NCBI RefSeq assembly: GCF_016433145.1
Contig: NC_058131.1
Coordinates: 347,099,076 to 347,163,075, forward strand
Length of the DNA stretch: 64,000 nucleotides
Origin: Gracilinanus agilis
Lineage: Eukaryota
Reading direction: 5' to 3'
The translations under genes were made by a program, and so were the position numbers. A model generated the notes under the pieces. That model was not told the DNA's origin and ran no database searches. It worked only from the letters and a program-made list of their open reading frames with translations. Numbering within the stretch: the first letter of the stretch is position 1; every line of letters begins with the position of its first letter. Positions 24,238 to 36,559 of this stretch are shown one piece after another.

Positions 24238-24375
24238 GCAGAAAAGAATAGAGCAGCAGCAATGGCAAATAACCTACAAAAAGGAAGTGCTGGACCTATG
24301 AGACTTTATGTAGGATCATTACACTTTAACATAACTGAAGATATGCTTCGGGGAATCTTTGAGCCTTTTGGCAGG
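24238..24375 (+). CDS. RBM39: RBM39 exon 9, start of RRM2
   Basis: AEKNRAAAM...RLYVGSLHFNITEDMLRGIFEPFGR; 138 nt. Confidence 0.97.
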
Positions 24376-25361
24376 GTGAGTCCTGAAATTCTTGATCTTT
24401 CAAATGTTAAGTGAATAACCTAATCTGAACCCTTATCCCTAAGGACCTGATGTATATTTACTGATTTAATCATTTAGGATGAAATTATAATGGTCTCAGA
24501 GAATAGAAAGTTTATGGTACTGTTCATGAATAAAGCTTATTTATTTTGAATTTAAATTCTCTCCAGCCTCTCCCCACCCATTGAGAAGACAAGTAATATG
24601 ATATCCATTATTTATATGAAGTCATGCAAATGTCAGTCTATATTAGGGTCTTTTCCCCCCTCTTCCCCCCCCCCAAAAAAAAAGGGTGGGCTGGGAAGAA
24701 AAATAAAAGTATAAAAACAACATGCTTCAATCTGCACTTGAGTTCATTGGTTCTCTCTGAAGGTGAATAGCATTTTTTTCATCTTGAGTTCCTTGGAATT
24801 ATGATCATTGTATCACTCAGTCATTCACAGTAGAGCATAATTTATATTGTTTCTATTACTGTATACAGTGTTCTAGTTCAGCTTACTTTACTTTTCTTTG
24901 GTTTTGTAATGTGTTTTTTTCTGAACCCTGTTCCACATCTCTTACAGCAGAATTAATTTACATTTCTCTTAATTATTTATGATTTAGGGCATCTTTTTTG
25001 TGAGATATAACTTTTTTCCTGAAGATTGTCTTTTCATATTTTTTTTACCATTCATCACTTGACAGAATGACTTTTTGATTCACCTCACTTAGATTTTTGA
25101 GAGATTAAACCTTTATCAAAGAAACTTGATAATCTTTTTAACAAATATGAATCTGATTAATAGAAGCTTTGGAGTTAGCAATTGAAATGAATTGTGTCTT
25201 TCCTTCTAAACATCTGTTTAAGAAATTCCTTTTGTTACAAAATGGAGATAATGCTATTACATTAAAATTTGCAGAATCATAATGTAGAAATTTTGCATAT
25301 GTTTGCTATACATTTTTAAGCTAATAATGTATAGTAATTTATCTTAGTTGATTCTAGTTCC

Positions 25362-25568
25362 TTTTTTTTTTTTTTTAAACCCCATACCTTCCATTTAGAA
25401 GCAATACTGTGTTTTGATTCCAAGGCAGAAGAGAGTGGTATGGGCTAGGCAATGGGGTTAAGTGATTTGTAGTGTCACACATCTCTAATTGTCTGAGACC
25501 AGATTTGAGCTTAGGACCTTCCATCTCTAGGCCTGGCTCCCAGTCTACTGAGCTACCCAGCTGTCTCC
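25362..25568 (-). mobile_element. SINE (MAR1/SINE1-type)
   Basis: Poly-T start; TSD TCTAGTTCC at 25353-25361 and 25569-25577. Confidence 0.85.
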
Positions 25569-25815
25569 TCTAGTTCCATTTTTTTGAAGTATTGAACAAA
25601 ATTTTTTAATCTCTTTGGCTAGATTTGTATACCAGTTTTTTAGGTGATTGAAATGTATTAGAGATTTCTGAAGGTTGAGTAGACATAAATGTTTCTTTGA
25701 AAAATTTTAAAATACCTATTTAACATCAGCCTTATTCCTTCTTTATACAAATTTTTGAGCTCAACACTAATTTTTGTTCATACTTGTAATGGTTAATTTT
25801 CTAAATTGATTTCAG

Positions 25816-25881
25816 ATCGAAAGCATTCAGCTGATGATGGATAGTGAAACTGGTCGATCCAAAGGATATGGATTTATTACA
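25816..25881 (+). CDS. RBM39: RBM39 exon 10: IESIQLMMDSETGRSKGYGFIT
   Basis: 66 nt; contains RNP1 KGYGFITF. Confidence 0.97.
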
Positions 25882-27619
25882 GTAAGCATTGGCCAATATC
25901 AGGGTCTAAAATTGATGTGTTATTTTAGAGAAAAGCCCAATTACCAATTGATTGTACAGTAGGAGAAAATTCCATCTGAATATTTAATATTTTCTAATGT
26001 TGAGTTAAATTTTTTGAATATAATTTCATTTCTTCCCAAGAAGATGTTAAAGGAGCCTAGCATAAACTGTTTTTGTCTTTGTGTTATTGTCACTTAGTCC
26101 AATGTCTACACATAAGTATTTAGTACATTTGTGTAGATTAATCAATAGTAGGCTTTAAATAAATGTTAGTTGAATTGCTAGTTGGGGAATATATGAGTAC
26201 ATTAAAATGAATAGAGATCGTTTACAAAGAATATAAAAAGTTACAATGTACAGGTTTTGTCTTAGTCTTTTCTAGGCATAAAGTTTAGATCAATTCTTAG
26301 GGAGTTTAGTATGTAAGGTCTTTTTTTAGTAGAGTTGGAAAGAGTGGTGGATTTGGAAACAGGATCTGGATTGGACTTGAATCCTGGCTTTGCCATTTAA
26401 GTGGGTGTCCTTGGCACAAGCAATTTGACCTCCTTGGTCTTCATTTTCTTCATCTGTAAAACGAGTGTATTGAATAGTTGTCTCTATATGGTCCCTTTCC
26501 TACTCTAAATCCATGATTTCTGGTTTTAAACATTCTTCCTACAATTTTGACTATTTCTTTCATTTACTTAGCAAACCTTTTTAATCGTCAATCTTGTTGT
26601 AAAGTTCATTCCAGCTTTCCTGAGTTATAACAAAATCTGATTTTGAAGTGAATGCTTTATTTACTTTGATCTCAATTTTTTGTCTGGCTCCATAGCCAGG
26701 GAAAAGATTTACTTAACAATGACTGCCTGCAGAGTCCTAAATGAAAATGAAGTATCATTAGATTAAGTATAACTGATCACAGCATGCATACATGCATAAT
26801 TTTTCTAATAATTAGGGTAATGAGAATTTTTCAGAATGACTAATTTATCTATTTTATTCCTCCTGTCCCCAAATAGAATGTGTGAACTTGGACTTAATAG
26901 TCCAATCTTGACAATTATACCGTTTTTATTGAGAACTAGTTTAAATATCTACTCAATGGCAGTGTATCATTTACAAAAGAAAATTTAGGCTCAAAAAGGT
27001 AAATTGACTTGCCTAAAATTGTTAGCTTTTTCATGTTTTAAATGTTTAATGTTTTAATGTATTACAGGGTTCATATTACAAATGTGTTCTGAGTTAAATT
27101 CATAAGCTTAACTTAACTTTAAGTTAAATAGATTTGAATGCATTTGTGAATACATTCATGTACAACTACATCATTCCACAAATTTAAGTATCCATAACAT
27201 TTTTGTTACAAGTTGTTTTAGACAAGGAAATAGCCTTGAAGTTAAATATCATTAATGGTTTATGTCCAATAAGGAGTTTACTTGTGACAACTTACTCTTA
27301 TCTTACACTCCTATAAAAATAGGAAACAAAAGATTTACACCACTCATCCACTGATGAAAAAGATCTGCTAGGCAGAAGGAAAGGGTGGTGGTGCGTTTGT
27401 GACAACACTTCTCTTTCCTCAATTAAATTCCATTCTTACTATTGCAGTTTGCTTTTTTTTTTTTTTACCATTGAGATAATACTGAGGCTGGGTGTCAACT
27501 CATTTTTTTTTTCTCTAGGTCCTGCAGGCTAGAAATGTGATTCAGTTCTAACAAAATTCCAATACGACAAAAGAATTTGGATGTTTTGTGGAGTTGAATA
27601 TAAGGAGATTTTACTTGTA

Positions 27620-28240
27620 TACTCTCATGGTGATCTCTACACGGTTTCCCTTGGTGGTCTCATCTTGTCCCATGGGTTCAATTACCTTGCTATAGATGAC
27701 TCCCAAATCTATATATCCAGTTCTAATATCTCATCAAATTCCTAGTTTCATATGGTCCATTGCCTAGTAGACATTTCTACTGGGGTGTGTCACTGATATT
27801 TCGACTTGAACATCCTCCAAGTAGCATTTAGCATCATGTGCACCCCACCCCACCTCTACCCACATGCACTTCTTCCAAACTTACCTGTTTTTATTGATGG
27901 TTTCACTGTATTCCCAGTCTCCTGGATTTCTAACCTCAGAGTCATCATAGCACTTTTCTTTTCCCCTAGTCCCTTAACACAGTATCTAATAAGTTGCCAA
28001 GTTCAGTTGATTCTATCTCTATAGCATTTCACAGCTTTCCCTTTCTTTCCACTCCCATAGCCGCTGCCACTCTAGTCAGGTCCTCATCACCTCTCTTGGA
28101 ACTATCATAATAGCCTCCTAATTTTTCCAACCAGCCTTTTAAGCCTGATTTCATATTACTCTGCTTCATGATCTGTATGTTCCAGCCTCAGTACAGTACC
28201 TCGCAAATAGTAAGCATTTAATATATACTTGTTAGATTGA
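27620..28240 (+). mobile_element. Old L2-type LINE fragment
   Basis: Decayed L2-like text ending in AGTAAGCATTTAATATATACTTGTT; boundaries approximate. Confidence 0.55.
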
Positions 28241-28762
28241 ATTTGAATACGTGGAAAGCCACCTTTTTATTTTAAAAGAAATATCAGATTACGGGGGAAA
28301 TTTACCAAAGATTCATTGTTAGGATTTCCTTTAATGAGTTGGCTTAATAAAGTAAAAGATAATTGTTAAATATTTGATTGGCATAGATCTCCCTCCCCCC
28401 TCCAAGCATGCCTATGAGATAAAGTGGGGCACAGTAGGTTTATTATATGAGGCCCTGATCCTGTGCCTCCACTTGAGAAGAGGCTGTCAACTGTGGTGGA
28501 GAATTCTGGATTGGGCTATATCCCTCTGCAGAGTTTTCTTTCTCTTTTTCCAAAAGGATGTGGTGCTCATAATCTTCTTGGAGTTCAAAGAGTGTACAAA
28601 TTTGGGATCAGAGATCATTTTAAAATATATTCCCTAAAGGCAAATACATCATAAATTTAAATGCTTTTCAAAAAAAGTTAGTTTCTACGTTTATATGTAT
28701 ATGCTTTGAACATCCTACTTAAATGTACAGATTAATTTACAAAAAAACTTTTAATTCTATAG

Positions 28763-28967
28763 TTTTCAGATTCAGAGTGTGCCAAAAAGGCATTAGAACA
28801 ACTGAATGGATTTGAATTAGCAGGAAGGCCTATGAAAGTTGGTCATGTTACTGAACGTACTGATGCTTCCAGTGCCAGTTCATTTTTGGATAGTGATGAG
28901 CTGGAACGGACTGGAATTGACTTGGGAACAACTGGTCGTCTCCAATTAATGGCAAGACTTGCAGAAG
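28763..28967 (+). CDS. RBM39: RBM39 exon 11
   Basis: FSDSECAKKALEQLNGFELAGRPMKVGHV...LMARLAE; 205 nt. Confidence 0.97.
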
Positions 28968-30025
28968 GTAAGTTTCTTGTAAGAATCTAAAAGATTTTAG
29001 AAGTTTTTTAAATTTATCATCAAATTTAATGTCCATTCCTTCCAGTCCTTCTTGACTGGGGTATCACCTATTAATGAGGAAGTATTTGTTGGAATTTGCC
29101 AAGTTCTGGCACTGTTGTAGGAAACTAAAGCATATAAAAACGGACTCTTTATCACAGATTATTGACCCTATCCCATGGTAGAGGAAAATGGCATCGATTG
29201 TTTTAAATAATTATCATGTATATAATCATTCTAAGTGAGCTAGATCATGAATTGGTCATTAAGTTGTCTTCGGTTCTTGAATTTTTTTTTTTGCGAGATA
29301 TCAATAATGTTTATTTTGTAAAAGTGTGAATATCCATGTGAAGCAAAGAGAAAACCTAATCTTAGCTGCTCGATCTGTTGTAAGACCATAATTATAGTGT
29401 TTTTGAGGAAAAGGGGGTGTTTTGGGAGGTAAAAAAGTGAAAGAAGGATAAGGAAATGCCCAAACAGATGTTGCTTGACTTAGATCACAGTTATTAGTTA
29501 AATCTAGTGACAATATAATGGTGAGAACCGGCTGAGGCTAACTGGGTCAGCTCAATGATTTGTAGGTATGTTTCATTCTTCTGGGGTCAGTGAAGCACTT
29601 CCTCCAGGGTTGCCATTGTGTCAGAGGCATTGCTTCCCCATTCTATTCAATGGTAATTGAATTCCTCTTCCTTCTGTATATGAGTTAAAACACTCCTGCA
29701 CTCTTCCCCCTCCCATTGAATTCTTAATGGAACATCTTAGTGATAAAGTCTATCTTAACTTGTCTTTGCTACTGTATAAAAAAACACCTTGGGCTTTGTA
29801 TTGAGAAATAGTTGCTCTAGTAGAAAAAGGACCTTCTAATTTTGTAATACAGATGGACTCTAAACTCTTTATCTTTTGATAGTATTTAACCTTAAAGTCA
29901 CTTAAAAGCTTTTTTACTCATAAGAAAATAACAGTTACACTGTTTCCTCATAAGGGAATATCAGCTACACTTCTTTTTTTCTTAAGACAATGTTAATATT
30001 AAAATGTTACCTGCTTCTTTTATAG

Positions 30026-30103
30026 GTACAGGTTTACAGATTCCTCCAGCAGCACAACAAGCTCTGCAAATGAGTGGATCTTTAGCATTTGGAGCTGTAG
30101 CAG
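30026..30103 (+). CDS. RBM39: RBM39 exon 12: TGLQIPPAAQQALQMSGSLAFGAVA
   Basis: 78 nt; AG/GT boundaries. Confidence 0.97.
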
Positions 30104-32278
30104 GTAGGAATTAAATCTCATCTTGTTTTTTAGTTCTTGAGTTTCCGCTAATTCAGTTGCATCATTATTTGTCTAGATATTTTTGGTTGAATGTTTTCAA
30201 ATGGTTAGCTTTCACTTATTTTCCTGCTGATTTGTCTTTCTTTATGCTTTAACTACCTCTCTGAGCCCTAATAGGAAGTGCCATTATTATTAACATAAGG
30301 AAGTAGAATGGACTTTAAAATAAACTTATATTTTGTTGTAATTAATGCAGGCTTTTTTTTAATAGTGGACTTAACTAAAGTTTTTCATGGGTGGAGTCTA
30401 TATTCGTCTTTATCTCTCATTTTTAATAGTAGTTAGTCAGGGATAGGGCCTAGTACCAAAAAGGCAGGAGTTCTTATAGTTGATATCCATTAATCAATTC
30501 TACCTACATTTAGTTCTACCCTGAAAATTTAAATCAACCCCCACATTCACCAAGCTGTCATGCAATACACCATCATATTTAAAGTTAGAAAGTGAACATG
30601 TAGGATAGCTAGTCTGATTCCCATACCTCTCCCTCCCCATTTTACAATTGAAGAAACTTGAGGCCAAGTCATTAAGTAATTTTGCCAAATTTGAACCCAG
30701 GTCTTTCAAATATTCATATTCTTTTCTACTGTTCCATACAAGTTCTTCATACCTGAAACACTTGTGTTGATTTAAACTGATTCATCACTTTAGCTTGAAA
30801 CCCTTTGTTTGTTGTTTTAAGGTGTTTTGTTTTTTCTATTAAAAATGTCTTAAATGTGTAGTATTTTTACTAAGGAGTAACACTATAAGTATTGTTTACA
30901 TATATTAAGGCTAGAGTTCAACTAACCATCTTGAAGCTTGGGTAAAATCACAAATAAGAATTCTTCACCAGTCACATAATATGGATGGGATGTGATCTGT
31001 ACTAGTGAGGGGCGGGAGAGTATCACCAAATCCTTTGAGGGCATGGCCCTGTAAAGCCAGATGCTATATTTTTCTATTCTATTTGAAAATATTTTCAGTA
31101 TACAATAGTTGCTTAGTGAGCTAAAAGATAAAATATACCTACTTCCAAGATTCTTGACTTTCTTTTCTGAAGAATATTTTTCTTGCTAGAGAAAAGGGCA
31201 GCAAACTATTTATTTATATAGAAGTGATCAATTCAAGTTAGGCAAGTGACTTTTTAAAGAATAACTTTTATTGTGACTGGTTTTTAGTGTCTGATGTTTT
31301 AGTCTTTTTTACCAAGCCCATACCTGTTTCATAAAACATGTGTAGTCTTTGGGCTACTTACACAGGCCTGCCTCTTATGAATTCCCTCCACCTTCCTGTG
31401 GAATGAGTAGTTTGGGGACAACAGTTTACTATCCAGTAGAAAACTACAAAGTAGATTGAGAAAATTCTTACTCTCATTCGACAACATTCAGATGTCTACT
31501 TTTTGTGGCACTTTCTAGATGCTGAGCAAAGTACCTAGTCATAATCTCTGCTTTCTACTAATTTATGATTACTCAGGATACAGCAACCACCTCTTTAGTG
31601 ACTGTCACCACCTGGGCTAAGAATACCTGTAAGTGCCATGGCAAGCATATTTAGGGATAGGCTGGGTAAAGGTAAAAAAAAGAAAGGTCCCTCAGAGTCT
31701 CCATAGTAACCATTTAATGTTACCACTTGTAGACATTGTGTTTGAAAGGCACCAGTATTATTTTTTAATATACCAGGATCTATATTTTAAAGTTTTGGGG
31801 GGGGAAATGTTGGAGATGGAGTAGTAATCAATTATTCTGTGTACCATTATTTAGCTTTTCTCAGCTTGTCTAGTTTTTATTTTTATTCTTTTGGTACCCT
31901 TCCCCATGTCATCTGTAACTCTCCCTACCCACCCCCCAAAATTAGGAATTCCATGTTATTGAAGTGTATATGTGGGTGTGGGTTTGTGTGGGTGTTTAAA
32001 AGAATATTAAGAATCAGGAAAAAGATTGTGTAAGAGGCTTGTAATAGTGTAGTTACCCTAAACCATTAATTGAAATGGTGTTACCCACCTGGATATATAA
32101 AGACCTCCATATTTAATTTGGAATAGATAAAAAGAGGTTTTGCTATCAGCTCCTCTTTAAAGGATTTTAATATGTCTTGCTTTTGAATATCTGTTAATAT
32201 TTTCTTCAATTCATCCTATAACTTTTTGAGGTTCTCACTATTCTGCATTGAGCCAAAATCTTTTTCTTTCTTTTGTAG

Positions 32279-32311
32279 ATTTACAAACTAGACTTTCCCA
32301 ACAGAGTGAGG
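32279..32311 (+). CDS. RBM39: RBM39 exon 13, short form: DLQTRLSQQSE
   Basis: 33 nt; TAG acceptor, GAGG|GTAAGT donor. Confidence 0.95.
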
Positions 32312-34238
32312 GTAAGTTTTCAACTTTTTCAATCTCTATTTGCCTTATAAAATAGCTTGGCATAATTTTACTGTTATAAATAATTTGTAAAATAAAATAT
32401 CATCTTGACTGGCAACCTGGGTACCATGGCTTTGGGTGAATGAATGGTCCTTTTTTGATGGTGGTCCTTCTACCCTCTCTCCTACAGGAACCTTTTTCCA
32501 AGTGTCTAAAGGCCTGGTGGGTGAAAGGCCCTTTGACTTCAGGATAGGCTCTGCTCTGACTCCAGTGAGCCTCCAAGTAGTGTACAGCTGAGATGAGGTA
32601 TACCTCATCTTTGAGGCTAAACATAGTGAATTGCATAGGAATTCCTGGGTCTAACAGAAGATGCACCCCAGTCAGCTTTTTCTTCAATCTTCTTTTTGCC
32701 AATATTGTGAAGTTCAGTTATTCTCCTGAATTTTATTGTGATATCAATAAAATCAAGACTGGGTTTTTCATTCATTTCTTTTGACAGAAGCCATAATTTT
32801 TGTGATTCTGTGTTTTCAAGACATGTAAAGAAAAATCGTTGACTACTATTCATTCCATCCTATAAATTAAAAATAATTCTTTGTTCAGGATTCTTTATGC
32901 CCGAATATGTAATGGGCACTATTATGGTATGTTGTGGGCCAGTGATCTTACGATCCAGTCCATGATCTTATTGAATTAATGATTATAATAGTATACTGTG
33001 TTGAGAGAAATAAAGATCTGATATAGAATGACATACAAGAAAAGCAGTATATGAATTGGGGAAAGGATTCATCATCAATTGGTAAAAATAAGGAGGTCTT
33101 CTTATGCTGGGCTGTTAAGAATAGATAGAATTTCAGGAGCCAGAGGCATTTTGTTCCAGGTCTAAGGGAAAATGAGCTGAGAAATGGAACCTGGAAATCC
33201 AAATAAATCGTTTGGGATGAATTGTCTAATCTGGTGGAACTTTAAATAGTTGGAATAAAGGGTTGTATGTGAGAGCAGAGAGTCATAATAACATGGTATC
33301 TGTGAATTTGGTTTTCTTTTTATATTTACATAAATTTATATGTATATGTGTACATATACATATATATAACTTTCATTTTAATTTCCTTTGGACTTTTATG
33401 TGTTTTTAATTGTGTACATTTAAAAACATGTGATACCTAAATTTCAAAAAGGATTTCATGACACATAAAAATTAAAAACTCCTGATCTAAAGGTTCCATT
33501 GTGTAATAGATCTTTTTGGTGGTGTTCAAGACCAAATCAGAGTTGGTACTTTATTTAGTCAATAGTACAAAAAATCAAAAGGTTTTGAGCAGAAAAGTGG
33601 TTAAAAGCATTTTCTTTAATCTGCTTAGCACTATGAAGCCATCCAAATAGGTGGTGGGGGAGGTATAAATTAACTGGGGGAGAAAAGAAATAAAATTAGA
33701 CTGCCTTTGTTGGTTTTAGGCAGGTGGTTATGAGGAACCTGTATAGAATTAATAGCCGTACAAATAGGAGATGAGTTTGTAGAAATAGATGATGTCTATG
33801 TATTTCTTTTATAGTAAAGCTCATTTTTTAATTGAGCAAATTACTTGTTTAGGTTTAGTTTAGGAGCATTCTCTAACTTAGCCATCATTTTTTACCTTGA
33901 TGACCCCACACATAGTTAAGCCTTTTAGTGGTGGATCTTGCATTTAGGGAATGCTTTCCAATTGAGTTCTCCATATTTTCTTTTAATTTTTCTAGGTTGT
34001 TTATCTAGAAATTTTTTTTTTGACATTTCTGAAAATTTGAATCAAGTTTTGTTGTTGAAAGTAATATATGCTGGGCAAAAACTACAGATGTCTTTCATAA
34101 ATTGAATTGCTTTCTCCCCCTCCCCCCCAATTAAATATTGTAACTGGTTTAAGTGATTGATTAAAGTATGGTTGTATAATTGGTACTAGCTTACTGAATT
34201 TTTAAGGAAAGTTTTCTTGTCTTCTTTTTTCTCCATAG

Positions 34239-34320
34239 TTACAGCTCTAGCTGCAGCTGCTTCTGTTCAGCCTCTTGCAACACAGTGTTTCCAGCTTTCC
34301 AATATGTTTAACCCTCAAAC
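34239..34320 (+). CDS. RBM39: RBM39 exon 14, start of RRM3/UHM
   Basis: VTALAAAASVQPLATQCFQLSNMFNPQ; 82 nt. Confidence 0.96.
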
Positions 34321-34767
34321 GTAAGCAATGAATTTTTGTAAAATACATGTAAATCTAGCCTTTACTTTTGTGTAATTTGTTGGTCCTTGTTTATAATGTT
34401 TAAGAATCACATCTTTTACCAAATTTCAAAGCATGAAAAAGTATGTTCTACGAAAAAGATTTGTCATAAACCCTTAGCACAAAACCAAAGATTTGAATTT
34501 TAAAAGTGCTTTTTTTTTCCCCCTTTCCCTATGGTTAGTCTTTATATTACAAAATTACTTTTATTTCCTTTTGACTATAGTTAGGAAAAAAATTAGGAAG
34601 AGTATGGATTTGGGGTTTTTAACTGGTTACTATTAAATGCTTTCAATATAGTAGGTAAAGGGAAGAGGGATTTGTTGAGAAGAAATTGATTTATCCTAGG
34701 GAGAGAGAGGTACCTCTTTACAGTCCTTATTTTCATATAAATTATAATTTTGACCTGTCTTTTACAG

Positions 34768-34873
34768 GGAAGATGAACTTGGCTGGGATACAGAAATAAA
34801 GGATGATGTGATTGAAGAATGTAACAAACATGGAGGAGTCATTCATATTTATGTTGACAAAAATTCAGCTCAG
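34768..34873 (+). CDS. RBM39: RBM39 exon 15
   Basis: EDELGWDTEIKDDVIEECNKHGGVIHIYVDKNSAQ; 106 nt. Confidence 0.97.
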
Positions 34874-34957
34874 GTATGTTCTATTCTGAATGTTGTAAAC
34901 AATGGCAATAACTTTATTTGCATTCTAGGTAAATAATTAGTAGTCTAAAAGACATTT

Positions 34958-35184
34958 CTTTTTTTATTTTTTATAAAAAAATTTTTTAAACTTTTACCTT
35001 CCATCTTGGAGTTAATACTGTGTATTCGCTCCAAGGCAGAAGAGTGGTAAGGGCTAGGCAATGGGGCTTAAGTGACTTGCCCAGGGTCATACAGCTAGGA
35101 AGTGTCTAAGGCCACATTTGAACCTAGGACCTATAATCTCTAGATCTGGCTCTCAATCCACAGAGCCACCCAGCTGCCCCCCCC
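34958..35184 (-). mobile_element. SINE, older subfamily, first of a tandem pair
   Basis: Flanked by AAAAGACATTT at 34947-34957 and 35185-35195. Confidence 0.85.
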
Positions 35185-35197
35185 AAAAGACATTTTC

Positions 35198-35392
35198 TTT
35201 TTTTTTTTTAAACCCTTAACTTCTATGTATTGATTCCTTGGTAGAAGTGGTAGGTAAGGGTGGGCAATGGGGGTGAAGTGACTTGCCCACGGTCACACAG
35301 CAGCTGAGAAGTGTCTGAGGCCAGATTTGAACCTAGGACCTCCTGTCTCTAGGCCTGACTCTCAATCCACTGAGCTATCCAGCTGCCCCTGC
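35198..35392 (-). mobile_element. SINE1_Mdo-like, second of the tandem pair
   Basis: Flanked by AAAAGACATTTTC at 35185-35197 and 35393-35405. Confidence 0.85.
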
Positions 35393-36296
35393 AAAAGACA
35401 TTTTCAATGGCTGACCCCTACCTACTTCCATGTATTCTCTCATCATCTCTGCCTACTTCCTTGAAGTCCCAGCTAAAAGGAAGGTCTTTCTGAGTCTCTT
35501 TCATATTAGTGGTTTCTCTTCACTAATTACTTCAATTTATCCTATAATATGACATAGATTGCATAGGTTTTTTTTGCATGTTATCTCCTCTATTCAATTG
35601 TAAGCTTTAGAGAGCAAAGCCTCTTTTTGCATTTTTCTCTCTCAGCAGATTTTTCTAGCACCTAGCTTGATAAATGATTTGACAGACATTCTTGTTGGTG
35701 ATTGTTAGGATTCATGAGTTCTCCTAAATGTGTTCTCTCTCAAATGAGGTCCTCTTTATATAGATAACAGAGTTCACAAAGTGCTTTCTTTTCTACTGAA
35801 ATAATCTGACACTCAATTAGATTTTGAACTTTAAAGCAATGACAAATGAAGTAATAGGATATGATTATGTTGCAAACATAACCTTTGGAAATTACATACA
35901 AATTGATAGATTGACTTATCAGTTATAAAGAGCAATAGTGAAAAAGCAAAAAGTTACCTGCTGTGATGGGATTGGACCCTAGTCATCTTGCACACAGTAT
36001 TAAGTGCTTTTAATAAGGCTTTTTTTTTTTAAATGGAAAAAACAGTGCTTGACTTACATTTCTTTGGTGACAAGTTTTCCCTTCCTTTAAATAGTTGACT
36101 TGAAGCATTCTCTACCCTAACAAAGTATAAGAATTTAAATGAAAAGTTACTTCCTCATGTTTATGATTTATTCTTAATAAAATGAGTAAAAAGTAAAAAG
36201 CAAATATGTGCAGGACACAATTGGTTTCAGACTTGACATAATAAACTTATAGAGGGCCTGCATTCAATAATAATTATTGACTCTTTTCGGTTTCAG

Positions 36297-36375
36297 GGCA
36301 ATGTGTATGTTAAGTGCCCCTCAATTGCTGCAGCCATTGCAGCAGTAAATGCATTGCATGGAAGATGGTTTGCTG
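36297..36375 (+). CDS. RBM39: RBM39 exon 16: GNVYVKCPSIAAAIAAVNALHGRWFA
   Basis: 79 nt; contains the UHM RWF motif. Confidence 0.97.
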
Positions 36376-36458
36376 GTAAGTATGGCCAAAAGTCTTCTAA
36401 TTTGTTAATATTAAAATGTTGAAAGGAAACAATACTAAAGATTTCTTTTCTTCAACAG

Positions 36459-36559
36459 GTAAAATGATTACAGCTGCATATGTACCTCTTCCAACTTATC
36501 ACAACCTCTTCCCTGATTCCATGACAGCAACACAACTACTGGTTCCCGTTAGACGATGA
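36459..36559 (+). CDS. RBM39: RBM39 exon 17 CDS: KMITAAYVPLPTYHNLFPDSMTATQLLVPVRR*
   Basis: TGA at 36557-36559; summed CDS 1575 nt = 524 aa plus stop. Confidence 0.97.

Noticed and set aside
27499-27640. Strong-looking acceptor TTTTCTCTAG at 27518 in RBM39 intron 10
   Set aside because: No credible donor nearby and only a short AG-free zone.
29638-29730. Two small CCATT...AATGG hairpins in RBM39 intron 11
   Set aside because: 5-7 bp stems arise readily by chance; no supporting context.
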